A stretch of 64,000 nt of DNA from the human T2T-CHM13v2.0 reference genome, Homo sapiens: the NCBI RefSeq assembly GCF_009914755.1, contig NC_060930.1; one strand, 5' to 3'. Positions 42,301 through 55,634 of this stretch are shown in pieces. The position numbers and the translations under genes are program-made. Position 1 is the first letter of the stretch. Every line of letters begins with the position of its first letter. Under the pieces are notes generated by a model. It did no database searches. It saw only the letters and a list, made by a program, of their open reading frames with translations, and was not told the origin of the DNA.

Positions 42301-43832
42301 TCTACATTTAATTTTACAAAATACTTCCAAATTGTTTTCCAAGGTGGCTGTATCATTTTGCATTCCCATCAGCAATGATTGAGGATTTCTGTTACTCTAC
42401 TTCTTTGTCACTTTTTGATATTGTTGAATTGAAAAACATTTTTTTTTTCATTCTCATGGGTGTGTAGTGGCATGTCATTGTGATTTTATGTATGCTTATT
42501 TGAAATCCATCTGTCTTCTTTAGTGAAATGTTAATTCAAATCTTTTGCCTGCTTTTTATTGGGTTGTCTTCCCACTGTTGAGTTTTAAGAATTATTTTTG
42601 TATTCTGGTACTTTATCAAATATATCATTTACATGTATTTTCTCCTAGTCTGTAGCTCTGTAGCTTATCTTTTCATTCTCTTCTTTTAAAATTTTTTAAA
42701 TTTTCTTTCAGAAAAGATCTGGGATCTGGCTATGTTGCCCAGACTAGAATGCAGGGGCTATACATAGGCCTGATTGTTGGACATACAACTTTTTAAACTT
42801 CTGGGCTCAAGCAATCCTTTCTTCTCAGCCTCCCAAGTAGCTAGAACTATATGCACATGCCACCACACCCAGCTCATTCTCTTAATGGTGTCTTTCATGG
42901 AGAAATAAGTCTTTAATTTTGATAAATTTTAGGTTGCCATATTTTTGTTTTATAAATTATGCCTTTAGTGATTAATTTAAAAGCTCATCACCAAACCCAA
43001 AGTTATACAAATTTTTCCTATATTTTATTCTCAAAGGTTTATGGTTTTACATTTCACATACAGGTTTACAATTCATTTTGAGTTAATTTTTGTAGAATGT
43101 ATCAGGTATCTGTTAAGGTTCATTTCATTTGTTTTTTTGCATATGAATGTCCAATTATTTCAGTACCTTTGTTGAAAAGTCTATCTTTTCTCCATTGAAT
43201 TGCCTTTGCATTTTTGCCAAAACTCAGTTGACTATGTTTCTGTGAACCTCTCTCTATTTTTCATATTCTCTTCTATTAATCTATGCATATATTTTCTCCG
43301 ACATCATGCTGTCTTGATTACTGAAGCTCTAGAGTAAGTTTTGAAATTGGATAATATGAGTCCTCTGACTTTTTTGTTTTCCGGAATTGTTTGATTATTT
43401 CAGTTTCTTGGCTTTTCTGTAGAAATTTTAGAAGCAGCTAGTCAATATCTACAAAATCATGCTGGAATTTGATTGGGATTGTTTTGACTTTACAGAACAC
43501 ATTGGGAAGAACTGACATCTTAATATTGAGATTTTCAATTCATAAACATAGTATATCTCCACATCTATTTGGATTTTCTTATATTGTTTTTCATCAGTGT
43601 TTTGTAACTTACAATATACAGATTCTGCACATATTTTGTGAGTCATACATAATTTATTCATTTGTTTGGGTACTATTATAATGTATTTTTAAATTTTAAT
43701 TTTTACTTCTTCATTGCTGAAATATGGAAATATTATTGGTTTTTGTGTATCATCCATGTATTCTGTGACCTTACTAAAGGAATGTATTAGTTTTATGAGC
43801 TTGTGTATTATTTGGAACTTTCTACATAGACG

Positions 43833-44269
43833 GTTGTTCTGTGAAAGGGTATATATAAAAAGTGACCCCCAAATGCCAAAGAAGCCAAGAAACCAAAGAA
43901 GGAGGCAGACAAATCTAGTTCATTGGTATTGGGTGACTTATTAGAGGGAACTTACAGACAGCAGCATGGTCTTGGGTGGCCACAAGACACATAGTTCTCT
44001 GCACTGCAAACCCTGAGACCCAGGGCATGTATCTTGAGGGAAAAGTATATGTACTCTGGAAGGAATGTGCAGGTGGCTATGAGCATCAGGGCCTAAGATT
44101 TCTGTAACAGCATCAAGGGAGGTTTTGGAGGAAAACTTACAATAAATAGGTATTTCTAAATAAAAAGTAATACATCAGCAAGACATTTTGGCGGCATTCC
44201 TGGACTTGGGGTTAGTCAGAAGTTACATGGCAGATTGGCATTTAAAATAAAATCACTATTTTCCCCACA
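43833..44269 (-). mobile_element. Solo LTR (possibly LTR47-like)
   Basis: ~435-bp block with TG..CA ends interrupting the L1; subfamily uncertain. Confidence 0.6.
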
Positions 44270-46979
44270 AAAAATATAATCTGTGAATATAGTTTTATTT
44301 TTTTCTTATTCTGTATGCATTTTATTTGTTTTTCTTGCTCTGTCAAACTAATTAGAACTTCCATTATGACACTGAATGGTACTAACGAGAGAGGACATTT
44401 GTGCTGGGTTTCTGCTTAGGAGGAAAGCATTCAGTTTCTCACCACTAAGCAGGATGAACAGCATGAAGTTTGCTGTAGGTTTTTTAAGATTTCCTTTCCT
44501 AGGTTAAGGATGTTTTCTCCTACTTCTAGTTTGCTGAGAATTTTAATCATTAATTAATGTTAAGTTTTGTCAAATGCTTTTTCTCCACCTATTGATGACA
44601 TACTTTTACTTTTTAGTCTGTTAATGTGGTGAATAGATAGTTATTGATTTTCAAATATTGAGCCAGCCTTGCGTTGCTAGGATTAATCCCACTTGGTGGT
44701 GATATATTATTCTTATTATATATTGCTGGATTTTATTTGCTAATATATTGTTGATAATGCTTGTATTTGTATTTTTGAGGGCTATTGTCTGGAGTTTTTG
44801 CTTGTCTTTTTCTTATAATGTTTTTGCCTGGTTTCAGCATCATGACAATGCTGATCTCATATAAATGGAATGTGTCCCCTCCTTTTCTATTTTCTGAAAA
44901 AGATTTTGTAGGATTGGCTTTATTTTGTCCTTAAATATCAGGAGGATTCACCAGTGAAACCATATGGGCCTTACTTTATATGTTTTTAAAGACTTTTAAC
45001 TATACAGCACATTCATTACATATAGGACCATTCAGTTGATCTATCTCTTCTTGAGTGAGTTTTGGTAGTTTGTTTCTTTTAAGAGGTTTGTCCATTTCAT
45101 CTAAGTTGTTGAATTTATATGTACAGGGTTGTTTGTAGCATTCCCCATTCTCTCTTTGATGTGTCAGGATCAGTAGTAATATTCTTTCTTCTATTTCTGA
45201 TACTGTAATTTGCATCTTCTCTCTTTTTATCTCTTAGCCTGGAAACAGGTTTATTAATACTATCGATTTTTTTAAACTTTTGGTTCCATTGATTTTTTTT
45301 CTATTATTTTTTGGTTTTCAATTTTACTTAGTTTTGTCCTAATATTTATTTCCTTCCTTCTACTTGCTTTAAGTTTAATTTGCTCCTTTTTTCTCTTGTT
45401 TCTTAAGCTGGAAGCTTAAGTTACTGACTTGAGATCTTTCTTCTTTTCTTATGTAAGCATTTACTGCTATATATTTTCATTTAAGTACTGCTTTAGCTGC
45501 GTCACACACATTTTGATATGTTGGAATTTTTACTTTCATTTCATTCAAACTATTTTTTAAATAACCCTTAAGACACCCTCTTGACCCATGGTGATTTTTA
45601 GAAATGTATTGTTTAATTTTCCAAATATTTGAGGTGTTTAAGATAATTTTATTTTATTAATATTTGGTATATTTTTATGGTCAGAAAACATACTTTGTAT
45701 GATTTATATTCTTTTAAATTTGTTAAGTTTTGTTTGCTGGCCCAGAATATGATCAATGAGTATTTCATGTACACTACAAAAGAAAGAGTAATATTGCTGT
45801 TGGGTGGAATATTTTATAAGTGTAAATTAGTTCAAGTTAGTTGGTAGTGTTTGGGGGATTTTGCTGATATTCTCCCTACTTATTTCATCAATTACTAAGA
45901 GAGGAGGGTTGAAGTCTCCAACTAGAACTGTAAATTTCTCTACTTTTTCTTTCATATCTTTCAGGATTTTCCCTATGTGTTTTGAAGTTCTGTTGTTATA
46001 TGTAAACACTTTTAGGATTGTTATGTCTTCCTGATGAATTGACCCCTTTATTATTATATAGTACCCCTCTTTATCTCTAATAATAATCCTTATCTTGACA
46101 TCTATTTTGTTTGAAGTTATTGTAGCTACTTCAGATTTCATTTGATTCAGTTTGATATGATCTATCTTCATCTTTTTATGTTTGTCCTATCCATGCCTTT
46201 ACATTACAAGTGAGTATTTTGTAGACAGCAGAGTTGTGTCTTGTTTTTTTATTCTGTTTTAAATTCTTTGTCTTTCAACTAGTATGTATAGATCATTTAA
46301 ATTTAAGGTTATTGACAATTTGAATTAAAATCTACCATCTCTCTAGCTGTTGTCTGTTCTATTTTTATTTTTCCTCTTTTTCTTTCTTTCCTGGGTTTTA
46401 TCAGGAATTTTTAAATGATTCTATTTTATCTTCTCTATTGACTTATTATGTGTATTCCTCCTAAAAATTATTTTTACCTCTTTAAAAAATTAACCTAAAT
46501 CTACTTTCAAATGAGGTATTTGCAAGGACATTATAACAGTATATTCCCAAATCCTTCTTCTCATTTCTTCTGCTATTGTTATACAGAAAACAATATTGTA
46601 TGGTTTTGTATGTATGTAGAGTATTGTTATACTCTCAAAGTCATTCATCTTTTAGAGTAACTTAAAATAAGAGAAAAAAATTTTATTTTACCTTTACATA
46701 TTCCATTTCTAAATCTCTTCAGTTCTTTGTGTAGAGCCAGGTCTATGACCTGTATCATATTCCTTCTATCCAAATAATTGTTTTTCTACTTTGAGTGAAA
46801 AGGGCAAGAAAAGCAAGAACCTTAAAGAAGATGATTTGTATTTATGGCACAAACATTTACAATGTCTTATTAAAATCATAAACAAAGTGAAAGAGAATGA
46901 CAAATGAAGAGAAAATGCCTGCAAGCTCTAATACAAATGTTTTACATCCTGTTATAAAGTATAAGATAGACAAACCTCC

Positions 46980-47397
46980 TGTGGTAGATGTTATTGACAC
47001 CTCAGCCAGGTTCTCTTTGACTGCCTCAGTAACCAATCCATAGTTGCTGTGAGTAATCAGCTAAGCACCAATCACAGCTACCTTCTACTCTAGAAAATTG
47101 CCCTTGGCCCAAGGGAGCTGCCCCACCCAGAGTCAATATGCGCTGATTCCCCCCAACCTCAACCAATGACAAATTGACATCAGTCCCTGGACTTACGTTG
47201 GAATTAATTCTGTGGTGCAACTTGTGCTCCAGAGCTTCCCTGTGGGATCCAACCAAAAGTCTCCAGCCAAGACCACAGTCTTTCTCAGAACATGCTGTGG
47301 AACCAACTTCTCTTACTGCCCTTCTCCTGTGAGAATTCTTTCCAAATTCTCCATTCTGAGCCCAAGTTTCTGCTTCTAGAGAAACCAAACCAAGACA
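46980..47397 (+). mobile_element. LTR16-like ERVL solo LTR
   Basis: tgtggtagat...gaaaattgcccttggcc...ctgcttctagagaaaccaaaccaagaca. Confidence 0.7.
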
Positions 47398-50300
47398 CCA
47401 CACTAGAAAACTTAGTAAAAGCTCATAATAGACAATTCACAGAAGTCTTAGTCCAAGTGTCTTGAAAAATAGAGCCTAAGGCAAAACTTTACTTACTAAG
47501 GTTTTACAGTAATCCTACAGTAGCAAGAGCAAAGTGTTACAACAAGTTTAGCCTAAAGCTGCCTCCTTATGTATTTTAAGTTCAGCCTAAAGGTTTCTCC
47601 GTACATCGTGAACTACAAACAAGTGGAGGTACAGATCATAGCCTACACTTGTACCAATCACTGAGTTTTGGCCAAATGTAGCCAACTGTTTGAACCGTGT
47701 TCAGTTAAGGCAAATGCGGGGCTGTCACCAATCCAGCTGTTTTTGTGCTTACTCCTATCTTCTGTATGTCACTTTCCTTTTTTCTGTCCATAAATCTTCT
47801 TCCTCTATGTGGCTGCACTGGAGTCTCAGAATTTACTCTAGTTTGGGAGGCTGCCCAGTTCATGAATCTTCTTGGCTCAATCAAATTCCTTTAAATTTAA
47901 TTTGGCTGAAGTTTTTCTTTTATCAGATGGCATCAGAAATTGGATCTAAAGTAGAGCTTCTAACGACCCCCATGAGCACTGCGTGACCAAGGGAGGTACC
48001 CGCTGGACCCATTGTGTCTGTTGCTCTCTCAGAGCAGCTAGAGAATATGGTTAAGTTCTCGCTCGGATTCTGAGGCTCCACAGATTTGTGTTTTGAACAC
48101 TCTGAGTTTCTTTGAGCAAATTTCTGATCCAAGCTGGATTTGGAAGTCGCGACAGACACTGGACTGGGTCCAAGATCAGAATGGATCCCGTAATTAACTG
48201 GCTTGGATCCAGTTAGAGGTCTCTCACATCTGACTCAGTCAGAAAGAAACTGGTAGTAAATGGCATAATTGCAGGGGGTGTAAAATTTGGCTTTTGGAAA
48301 TTTGCAGGGATTTTTGTGTTCTACCCCTTTGTTTCATTTTTCTTGTGCGCTTAAATAGGAAAAGAAATGAGTGGCTAAGTTGGTCAAGGGAACCTGAGAA
48401 AGCCCAATATTTCAGGTAAAAATGGGATCTTTAATTTCTGAAGAACTGAATTCCTTCCAGCTTACACATTAGGCCCCGGAAGAAGCAGAGTCTTACAGAA
48501 ATGGCAAAATCTTACTAAAGATAACTTACAGTAGAACGTTCCAAATAACACTGCACTGAAGTGCATTTGAAAATGTGGGCTCCCAAATTAGTCTCATCTA
48601 TAGATGCCTGTTGATATGCAGAAGCTTCTAATAAAAGCTCAATTTTTTATTTAAAGACTTTACAAAAGCCAAATAAAAAGGTTAAGCAACTGATTTTTTA
48701 AAAACTCAAATCTACTAACCTTTTGGCTTAGTTACTATGTCAATCCAAAGGATATAGACTGCAGCACCAATTGGCTGACTTCGGGTAAGTAGTGGGGTAC
48801 ATTTTGCCTGGAAACCTGTGTGGGTTTGGGTTCAAGGCCCAACTTAGGAAAGTCAGAGTCCCTGGTAAGATGTAGGGGGTTAGAGGCTCTCCCCTCAGTA
48901 AAATCCCTCTTTGTTAAAAGTGGATTTGGCACTATAGGGTGTTAATGACTATTCTCTCTGGATTAATCTGCCTTGCCCTTTTTGTTAATGACAATGGGTG
49001 ACCGGATTAGGCAAGGACAGGACCATGGGATATGGGAACTTTTCCCTCCCCAGAGGGGGAAACTTGAGAGCTCATGGGACTGGAAGAAAAGATCCCTTTG
49101 TGACTGATGAGTGGCTGCCTGAACTTTTGATTCAGCGACGCTGCAATGGGTGGGTATTTCTCTGGCTTCCCCTCAGCTCCTTGCCTTCCCCACCCTGCCA
49201 CAGGCAGTGTTTTTCTCCCTTTCTCTCCTTTCTCTTTTCTATCTTTTTTGTTACTTAGGGCAACTGTCTGCTCTTTCATCATTTCCAGAGACCACATGTT
49301 GAAACTCCAGGTCAGAAAATCATTCCACCTGACTCTGAGTGGATCAAAGATGACAGACAGGGCCCAACAGGAGGCAAGTTTGAACCTTGCCAGTGTGATA
49401 TTCAGTGCTAGGCAGAGTGGCTAACGTCTATGTTTTGCCACATGTATTTTACCCTGGCCAGAATGGAAAATATTAATTCGATTCCCCCATGCAATACCTC
49501 AGGTGGCGTCTTACAAAATTGAGAGGCTTCTGCCTGTGGGTCCATGAAACCAAAAAAGATGATTTTCCTTTGTGTTGCAGCTTGGCCCCCAGGGCTATGG
49601 TGCAGCCAGCAGGGTCACTAGGGTGACTCAAGGAAAGGGAACCCAGAAACGTGGCATGCCAGCAAAAATGGTAAGGATTTCTTACCAGCCAGACTTCTGG
49701 CCTCTCTGTCTCTTTGCAAACCAGTTGTAGGAATGGTAAAAATCACTGTCTCCTCTGCAAAATTTTAATTAATAAGAAAAAAGATTCATGAGAGTAATCT
49801 TAAGCTGTAGTGAATCTGGTTTGCTTTGTGCTAAGAATTTGTCTTTCTGTGTTGTTCTGTCATAAAAAGAGGTCCTTAGGATAGAATGTGGGCCTAGGAC
49901 CCCCATAAACTCACTGTTCAAGCCAGCCCGGCAAACTGGTCAGGTACACGCTTTGCTGCAGGTGCCTGAAACAAAAAAAGCTAGTTGAGATTTCCCTCCT
50001 ATCTTGTTTTATGTCCTTGGGAGCTTCACCCTATAACCACATGGTGGTAGTTTCTCTTGGTCTCTGCCATCCAGGAAAACAGGAATTTTGGGGTTCATAT
50101 CATAGTTATCTCTAAAAATTATCTTAATCAGTTAAAAGCTATTGCAAGCTCAAAAGTGACTGCTTTCAGCTCCTTCTGGGAAGAGCAATGGAAACTGCCC
50201 AATGCTTAGCTTGGTGGCTAAGGCTTTATCTTTTCACAGTGGTGGCCAGGGCTCAATTCCTGGCTTAGGGGATGAGCCCTTTCTCGTTCGATATCTCTGT

Positions 50301-50877
50301 GACTTTTGCCATTTATTGATTCTCTTCCCCTTTATGAACAACTTCTGACTTCCCATCTTGAATTTTCCTTTCTCTGAGGACTTGGGAGGTACCTTTGGTA
50401 AGTTCAAAAGCCAGAAATAATTTTTGTTTGTTCTGGCTAGAGTCTAGCAATAAGATATTTGGTTAAAAGTCAGCTTAATTAAAATAGATATTCAAGCTAT
50501 AGGTGTATTTGAAAGGCCTTCATGGCTTTTTCTATTCTTGGATCTCGTTTTTTTCAGGAAAACATTTTTTTTTCTTTTCAGCCATTTGAATTGTTTTTCT
50601 TCATTTGTCTCCTTGCCACTCTTGATGCACACATGAGAGGAACTTCGGAAAGCCTGGGACTCCTTGGGAAAAACAGGAGGTGCCACAGACCCTGTTTTGG
50701 GAAAAACCTTTGTTTTCCCCATGAAACCTCAAGAATTAAGGCTAAATATACTTTTGGGGATAGCTAATGTCAGTTATGGGGGAATACATGGCTCTTTGCA
50801 CATTTGGATCAGAGAAGCGTGCTCTTGGCCACCTAGAAGGTATGGAAATGTCCCCATCCCCCTGCCCCCACTGAGAG

Positions 50878-51063
50878 ATGACTCCCATGGGAGATCGGCT
50901 GATTTCCTCTTTTTATGACTCCCATGGGAGATCGGTTGAGTCACTCTTTTTATGACTCCCATGAAAGATCGGTTGAGTCACTCTTTTTATGACTCCCATG
51001 GGAGATCGATTGATTCCCTCTTTTTATGACTCCCATGGGAGATCAGTTGATTCCCTCTTTTTT
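50878..51063 (+). repeat. 37-bp minisatellite, 5 copies
   Basis: atgactcccatgggagatcggttga(g/t)tc(a/c)ctcttttt units. Confidence 0.93.
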
Positions 51064-52387
51064 GGGTAGGGGGACGGATCCAGGATCTGGTATAAAAATA
51101 AGACCCTTAATTTTGGGAATCTCTTTTGCCCTCAGGATGTGCCTGCTAATTAGGCCCTAGAAACTGATGTCTTCCTAGCCCTGTTTTTCCAAGGATTCCA
51201 CTCTGAAGCCAGTAATACAATTAAGAAACTTGAAAACTGGCAAATGAAAAGTCTTATCAATACTGGATCCTCCTGTTTTTCTGTGTATTTATATGTGTTG
51301 TGTGTGTGACATTTATAAATAAAAGAGCTCTGATTAATTGGCTTAATAATAATAAGCACTTAAATCAATTTTTTTTTCAGAAAAATAAAAACGGTAATGC
51401 CTTTCACTTTACGTGACTGTAGTAAGCTTTGGGAAATAAAGAGTTTTAAATACTATTGGTAAAATAAAGATAGTTGGTCTAAATTAGGCAGGTCAGACAT
51501 TAGGTTTGCTAAATTCTTTAAGGTAATAAACTGCTTCTTTAACTTTTGAAAATTGTTCAACGTAACTGCTTTGGAGCCATTAGATTCCAGGTAAGGTCTG
51601 GAGACGTGGAGTTAGTCAAGCCCCTGGCTATGCTAAAAAAAAAGTCAGACTTTATCTGTCTGGGCCCTAGGCTTCACACCTAGTACATAATTAAAATCCA
51701 CTTAGTAGGTTTTTCACCAAAAATAAAAATCACTAAGAGTTAACATTGTAACATGTAAATAAGACTACTGAAAAAACAGTTTTACATGCAAGCTGTGTGA
51801 GTAAGGTGAAATGTGCTTTTGATAAAAGATCATAAGAAAACATGGGAATGTGTGTGTTTTCTTTTTGTTGTTCGTTTTTTGTTTGCCTAGATTAAAGGGC
51901 TAATGGACTGTTTTAATTTAGAAAGGATAAAGCTGAAGGTTTGAGCAAGTTGTGGAAGGTTTGTGAAAAATTAATCTTGTAAAAGAAATTCTGTGTGTGA
52001 ACATATTGGCTAAATTTAAAGGGGTATTATACAGGTTTTCCATAAACTGAACATTGGAATAAAAGCACAACAAGGTTCTCTTAGAGCACTGATCTCTTCA
52101 ACAAAAATTTGTAAAGGGTTATTAAAGGTTTATGAAAATCTCACCTTATGGTCAAACTGATTAAAATAGGATAGATTTGTCTATAAGATGTTATTAAAAA
52201 TTGGTGTTGACATTAATAGTACACTAATGCATGGGTGAAATTTGGCTTTCTCTCTTGAGTAAGACTTTCATAGAATATTAAAGACAAATGAAAGATTTTT
52301 GTTTGCCTTTTGAATAAACCACAGGAAAAAGAAGGAAAAGAAAAGAGACAGATTGTTTGGAAAGCTAAGTCTTCCCTCTATCATTGA

Positions 52388-52705
<318 letters not shown>

Positions 52706-53265
52706 AGGTTTTTGCCTTTTTAAAGATTCCAGGTAATAATAGTGACCTGTGGTGACCTGGAATTCTATTTTGTAATAGCAAGTGTTTTAAACTTTTAACG
52801 TATCTGACAGGCTTCCTACAATCAAATTTCGGCTTCAAAATGGTCTTTTCTGACCTCTAACTTTGGGATGCAACAGAGAGCCCCTGAAGCATCCCAAAAG
52901 AGAGGTAAACAGGATTATTTGACATGTTGAGTTACATGGGAAGCATTGTCAAAATAAAAAAATATGTTTAACCCTCTTTAGGTTATATTTTAGTGAATGT
53001 TATTAATATATGTTCCAAGTTGAATGGAATGTCTAAAATTCTAAGATGTCCAAGTATATGCTGTCAATCATAATTATGGTTAAGTTATTGCAGACCACAG
53101 AAATAACCAAATTTCTTTGTCAATTTTGTCTTTATCACTAGTCATTTCCGCAGTTAATTGCTTAATGCTGACGCAAGCATGGAAAAAAATCCGAGAATAC
53201 GGTGTCTTTTAGGAGGTTCATGAAATGATGGAAAGGACCCTCAAAAGCACCTTTGAAAACAGGTT

Positions 53266-53375
53266 TGTTTTCTTTCTTTCTTTTTTTTTTTTCCGAGACT
53301 GAGACTCGCTCTGTTGCCCAGGCTCGAGCGCAGTGGCATGATCTCAGCTCACTGCAACCTCCACCTCCTGGGTTC
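53266..53375 (-). mobile_element. Truncated Alu (3' ~110 bp)
   Basis: Poly-T plus right-arm sequence ending abruptly at gggttc; no TSD. Confidence 0.9.
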
Positions 53376-53523
53376 TGCAGGGAAGGGAAAGAGTAGCGTA
53401 GAGAGTAGCCATACGTTAAAGTATTTGGCATGGGGATAATTTTAAAACAGATGTTTCCGTTTGGGGCATTTACCTGTTTAACTTTGGCGTCCCCTCATTT
53501 GATCAACCTAGTATTGTTCAGAT

Positions 53524-53542
53524 TGACCGCTAGGGGGCAGCA
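53524..53542 (+). promoter_or_regulatory. CTCF motif (forward orientation)
   Basis: TGACCGCTAGGGGGCAGCA, near consensus, in non-repeat sequence. Confidence 0.75.
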
Positions 53543-53953
53543 GAGTATGGGAAAATAAGAGGGCCATAAACTAGACTGAAGCTGTTATCTTAAAAATAGT
53601 TCAGCAATAAAGAAATGCCCAGAAATAATGAGTAATATATCACAATCCCCTTTATATTTTTACCTACAACTTTAAAGATCTTATTTTCAATCATCATAAT
53701 TTATAATATTATTAAGTAAATTATTTCTAAATTATGAATAAACTTTCCTCAAAAATTAGTATTTGAAGACACTTTTAAAAAAAGGTTAAGAAAACTATCA
53801 TGACTTAATATTTCTTCTGATACTGATCAAGAAGTGGAAATTTTTTTTAAATTGTTGAAAAAAACCATTATATCATTTGAAGTCTGTAAGAATATTAATT
53901 AGATTTTGGTCTAGAAAGAATCTAATAATAGAAATTTCAGAACCATTACTATA

Positions 53954-54320
53954 TGATATGGTTTGGCTGTATCCCCACCCAAATCTCGTCTTGAATTGTA
54001 GCTCCCATAATCCCCGTGTGTCATGGGAGGTACCTGGTGGGACATAATCGAATCATGGGGGGCAGGACTTTCCTGTGCTGTTCTCATGACAGTCAATAAG
54101 TCTCACGAGATCTGATGGTTTTATAAAGAGAAGTTCCCCTGCACACGGTCTCTCTTGCCTGCTGCCATGTAACACATCCCTTTGCTCTTTCTTCATCTTC
54201 CACTATGATTGTGAGGCCTCCCCAGCCATGTGGAACTGTGAGTCCGTTAAACTTTTTTCTTTTATAAATTAACCAGTCTTGGGTATGTCTTTATTAGCAG
54301 CATGAGAACAGAGTAATGCA
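53954..54320 (+). mobile_element. THE1 solo LTR
   Basis: TGATATGGTTTGGCTG...TAATGCA; TSD CTATA/TTATA. Confidence 0.9.
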
Positions 54321-54869
54321 TTATACCTAACTTCTTCCATAAGTCATAAAGTAAAATACAGCATCTTGAACAATTTTGTTCAGGCCATAGTGCAGGATTG
54401 TAATTATTTGACTTGCATGTGACATGAGAAAAGCAATTTCATTACTTTACAATGATGTTTGGTAGATAACTGACACACAGAAGATTCATAATAAATAACC
54501 ATTTCCTTAACTCTTAGTTCCCTGGGTGATTAATTGTGACATATAAGATTATGGCCCCCAAATAAATCTCTCTAGTCTTTTCAGCTCTACACAGATCTAT
54601 CCATTTATTGGACAGTCCTCAATCTGATTGTTCAAAGGCATCTCAACATCAAAACGTGCCAACTGGAAATCTCCTCCTCTTCCATCCACTACCCAAGCTT
54701 TTTCCTCTACCAGCTTATATAGGCCAGAATGTAAGAAATGATCCTGGAATTTTCGTTTTTTCTCATCCACAACATCAAATCCATTTCCAGATTGTTTTAG
54801 GCAGAAACTTAATTTATTATAAAGGTTTCAGGAAGACCCCATAATTTACAGGAAGACATAAGAACCCAA

Positions 54870-55634
54870 GACCATGGGAACCCACCTGTTGTATCAGCAT
54901 GACCTAGATGTGAGACATGGAGTCAAAAGATAAAATTTTGAAGCTTTAAGGTTTGATTGCCCCACTGGATTTTGGACTTGCATGGGGCTTATAGCCCCTT
55001 TGTTTTTACCAATTGCTCCCATTTGAAATGGGTGTATTTATCCAATGTCTGTACCCTCATTGTCTGTACCCTCATTGTAACTAGGAAGTAACTACCTTGC
55101 TTTCAATTTTACAGGCGCATAGGCAGAAGGGACTTGCCTTGTCTCAGATGAGGCTTTGGACTGTGGACTATTGAGTTAATGCTGAATAAGTTAAGACTTT
55201 AGGGGACTGTTGGGAAGGCATGATTGTTTTTGAAATGTGAGGACATAAGATTTGGGAGGGGCCAAGGTGAAATGATATGGTTTGGCTGTGTCCCCACCCA
55301 AATTTCACCTTGAATTGTAATTTCCACAATTCCCATGTGTCGTGGAAGGGAACTGGTAGGAGATTATTGAATTATGGGGACAGTTTCCACCATACTGTTC
55401 TTGTGGTAGTGAGTAAGTCTCACGAGATCTAATGGTTTTATAAGGAGTTTTCCCTTTCACTTGGCTCTCGTTCTCTCTTGCCTGCCACCATGTAAGACAT
55501 GCCTTTCACCTTCTGCCATGATTGTGAGGCCTCCCCAGCCACGTGGAACTGTGAGCCCATTAAATCTCTTTTTCTTTATAAATTACCCAGTCTTGGGTAT
55601 GTTTTTATCAGCAGCATGAAAATGGACTAATACA
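54870..55634 (+). mobile_element. THE1 internal fragment plus LTR (55273-55634), truncated on the left
   Basis: THE1-int text (gatgtgagacatggagtcaaa..gggacttgccttgtctcagatgag), polypurine tract, then LTR. Confidence 0.88.

Larger units (their letters stand above)
41170..46790 (-). mobile_element. Old L1 (3'UTR to ORF2 endonuclease) hosting the RPL21 retrocopy, an Alu monomer (~42685-42875) and an LTR
   Basis: ORF 45827-46171 RDKEGYYIIIKGSIHQEDITIL..VGDFNPPL is the L1 EN domain; NNLDEMDK at 45000-45215. Confidence 0.88.

Noticed and set aside
41944-42378. 144-aa plus-strand ORF
   Set aside because: Antisense shadow of the RPL21 pseudogene plus L1 sequence.
45827-46171. Functional endonuclease ORF
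   Set aside because: Partial, diverged L1 ORF2 EN fragment in a dead element.
50878-51063. CRISPR-like array (37-bp partly palindromic repeats)
   Set aside because: Units are head-to-tail with no unique spacers, inside a primate ERV.
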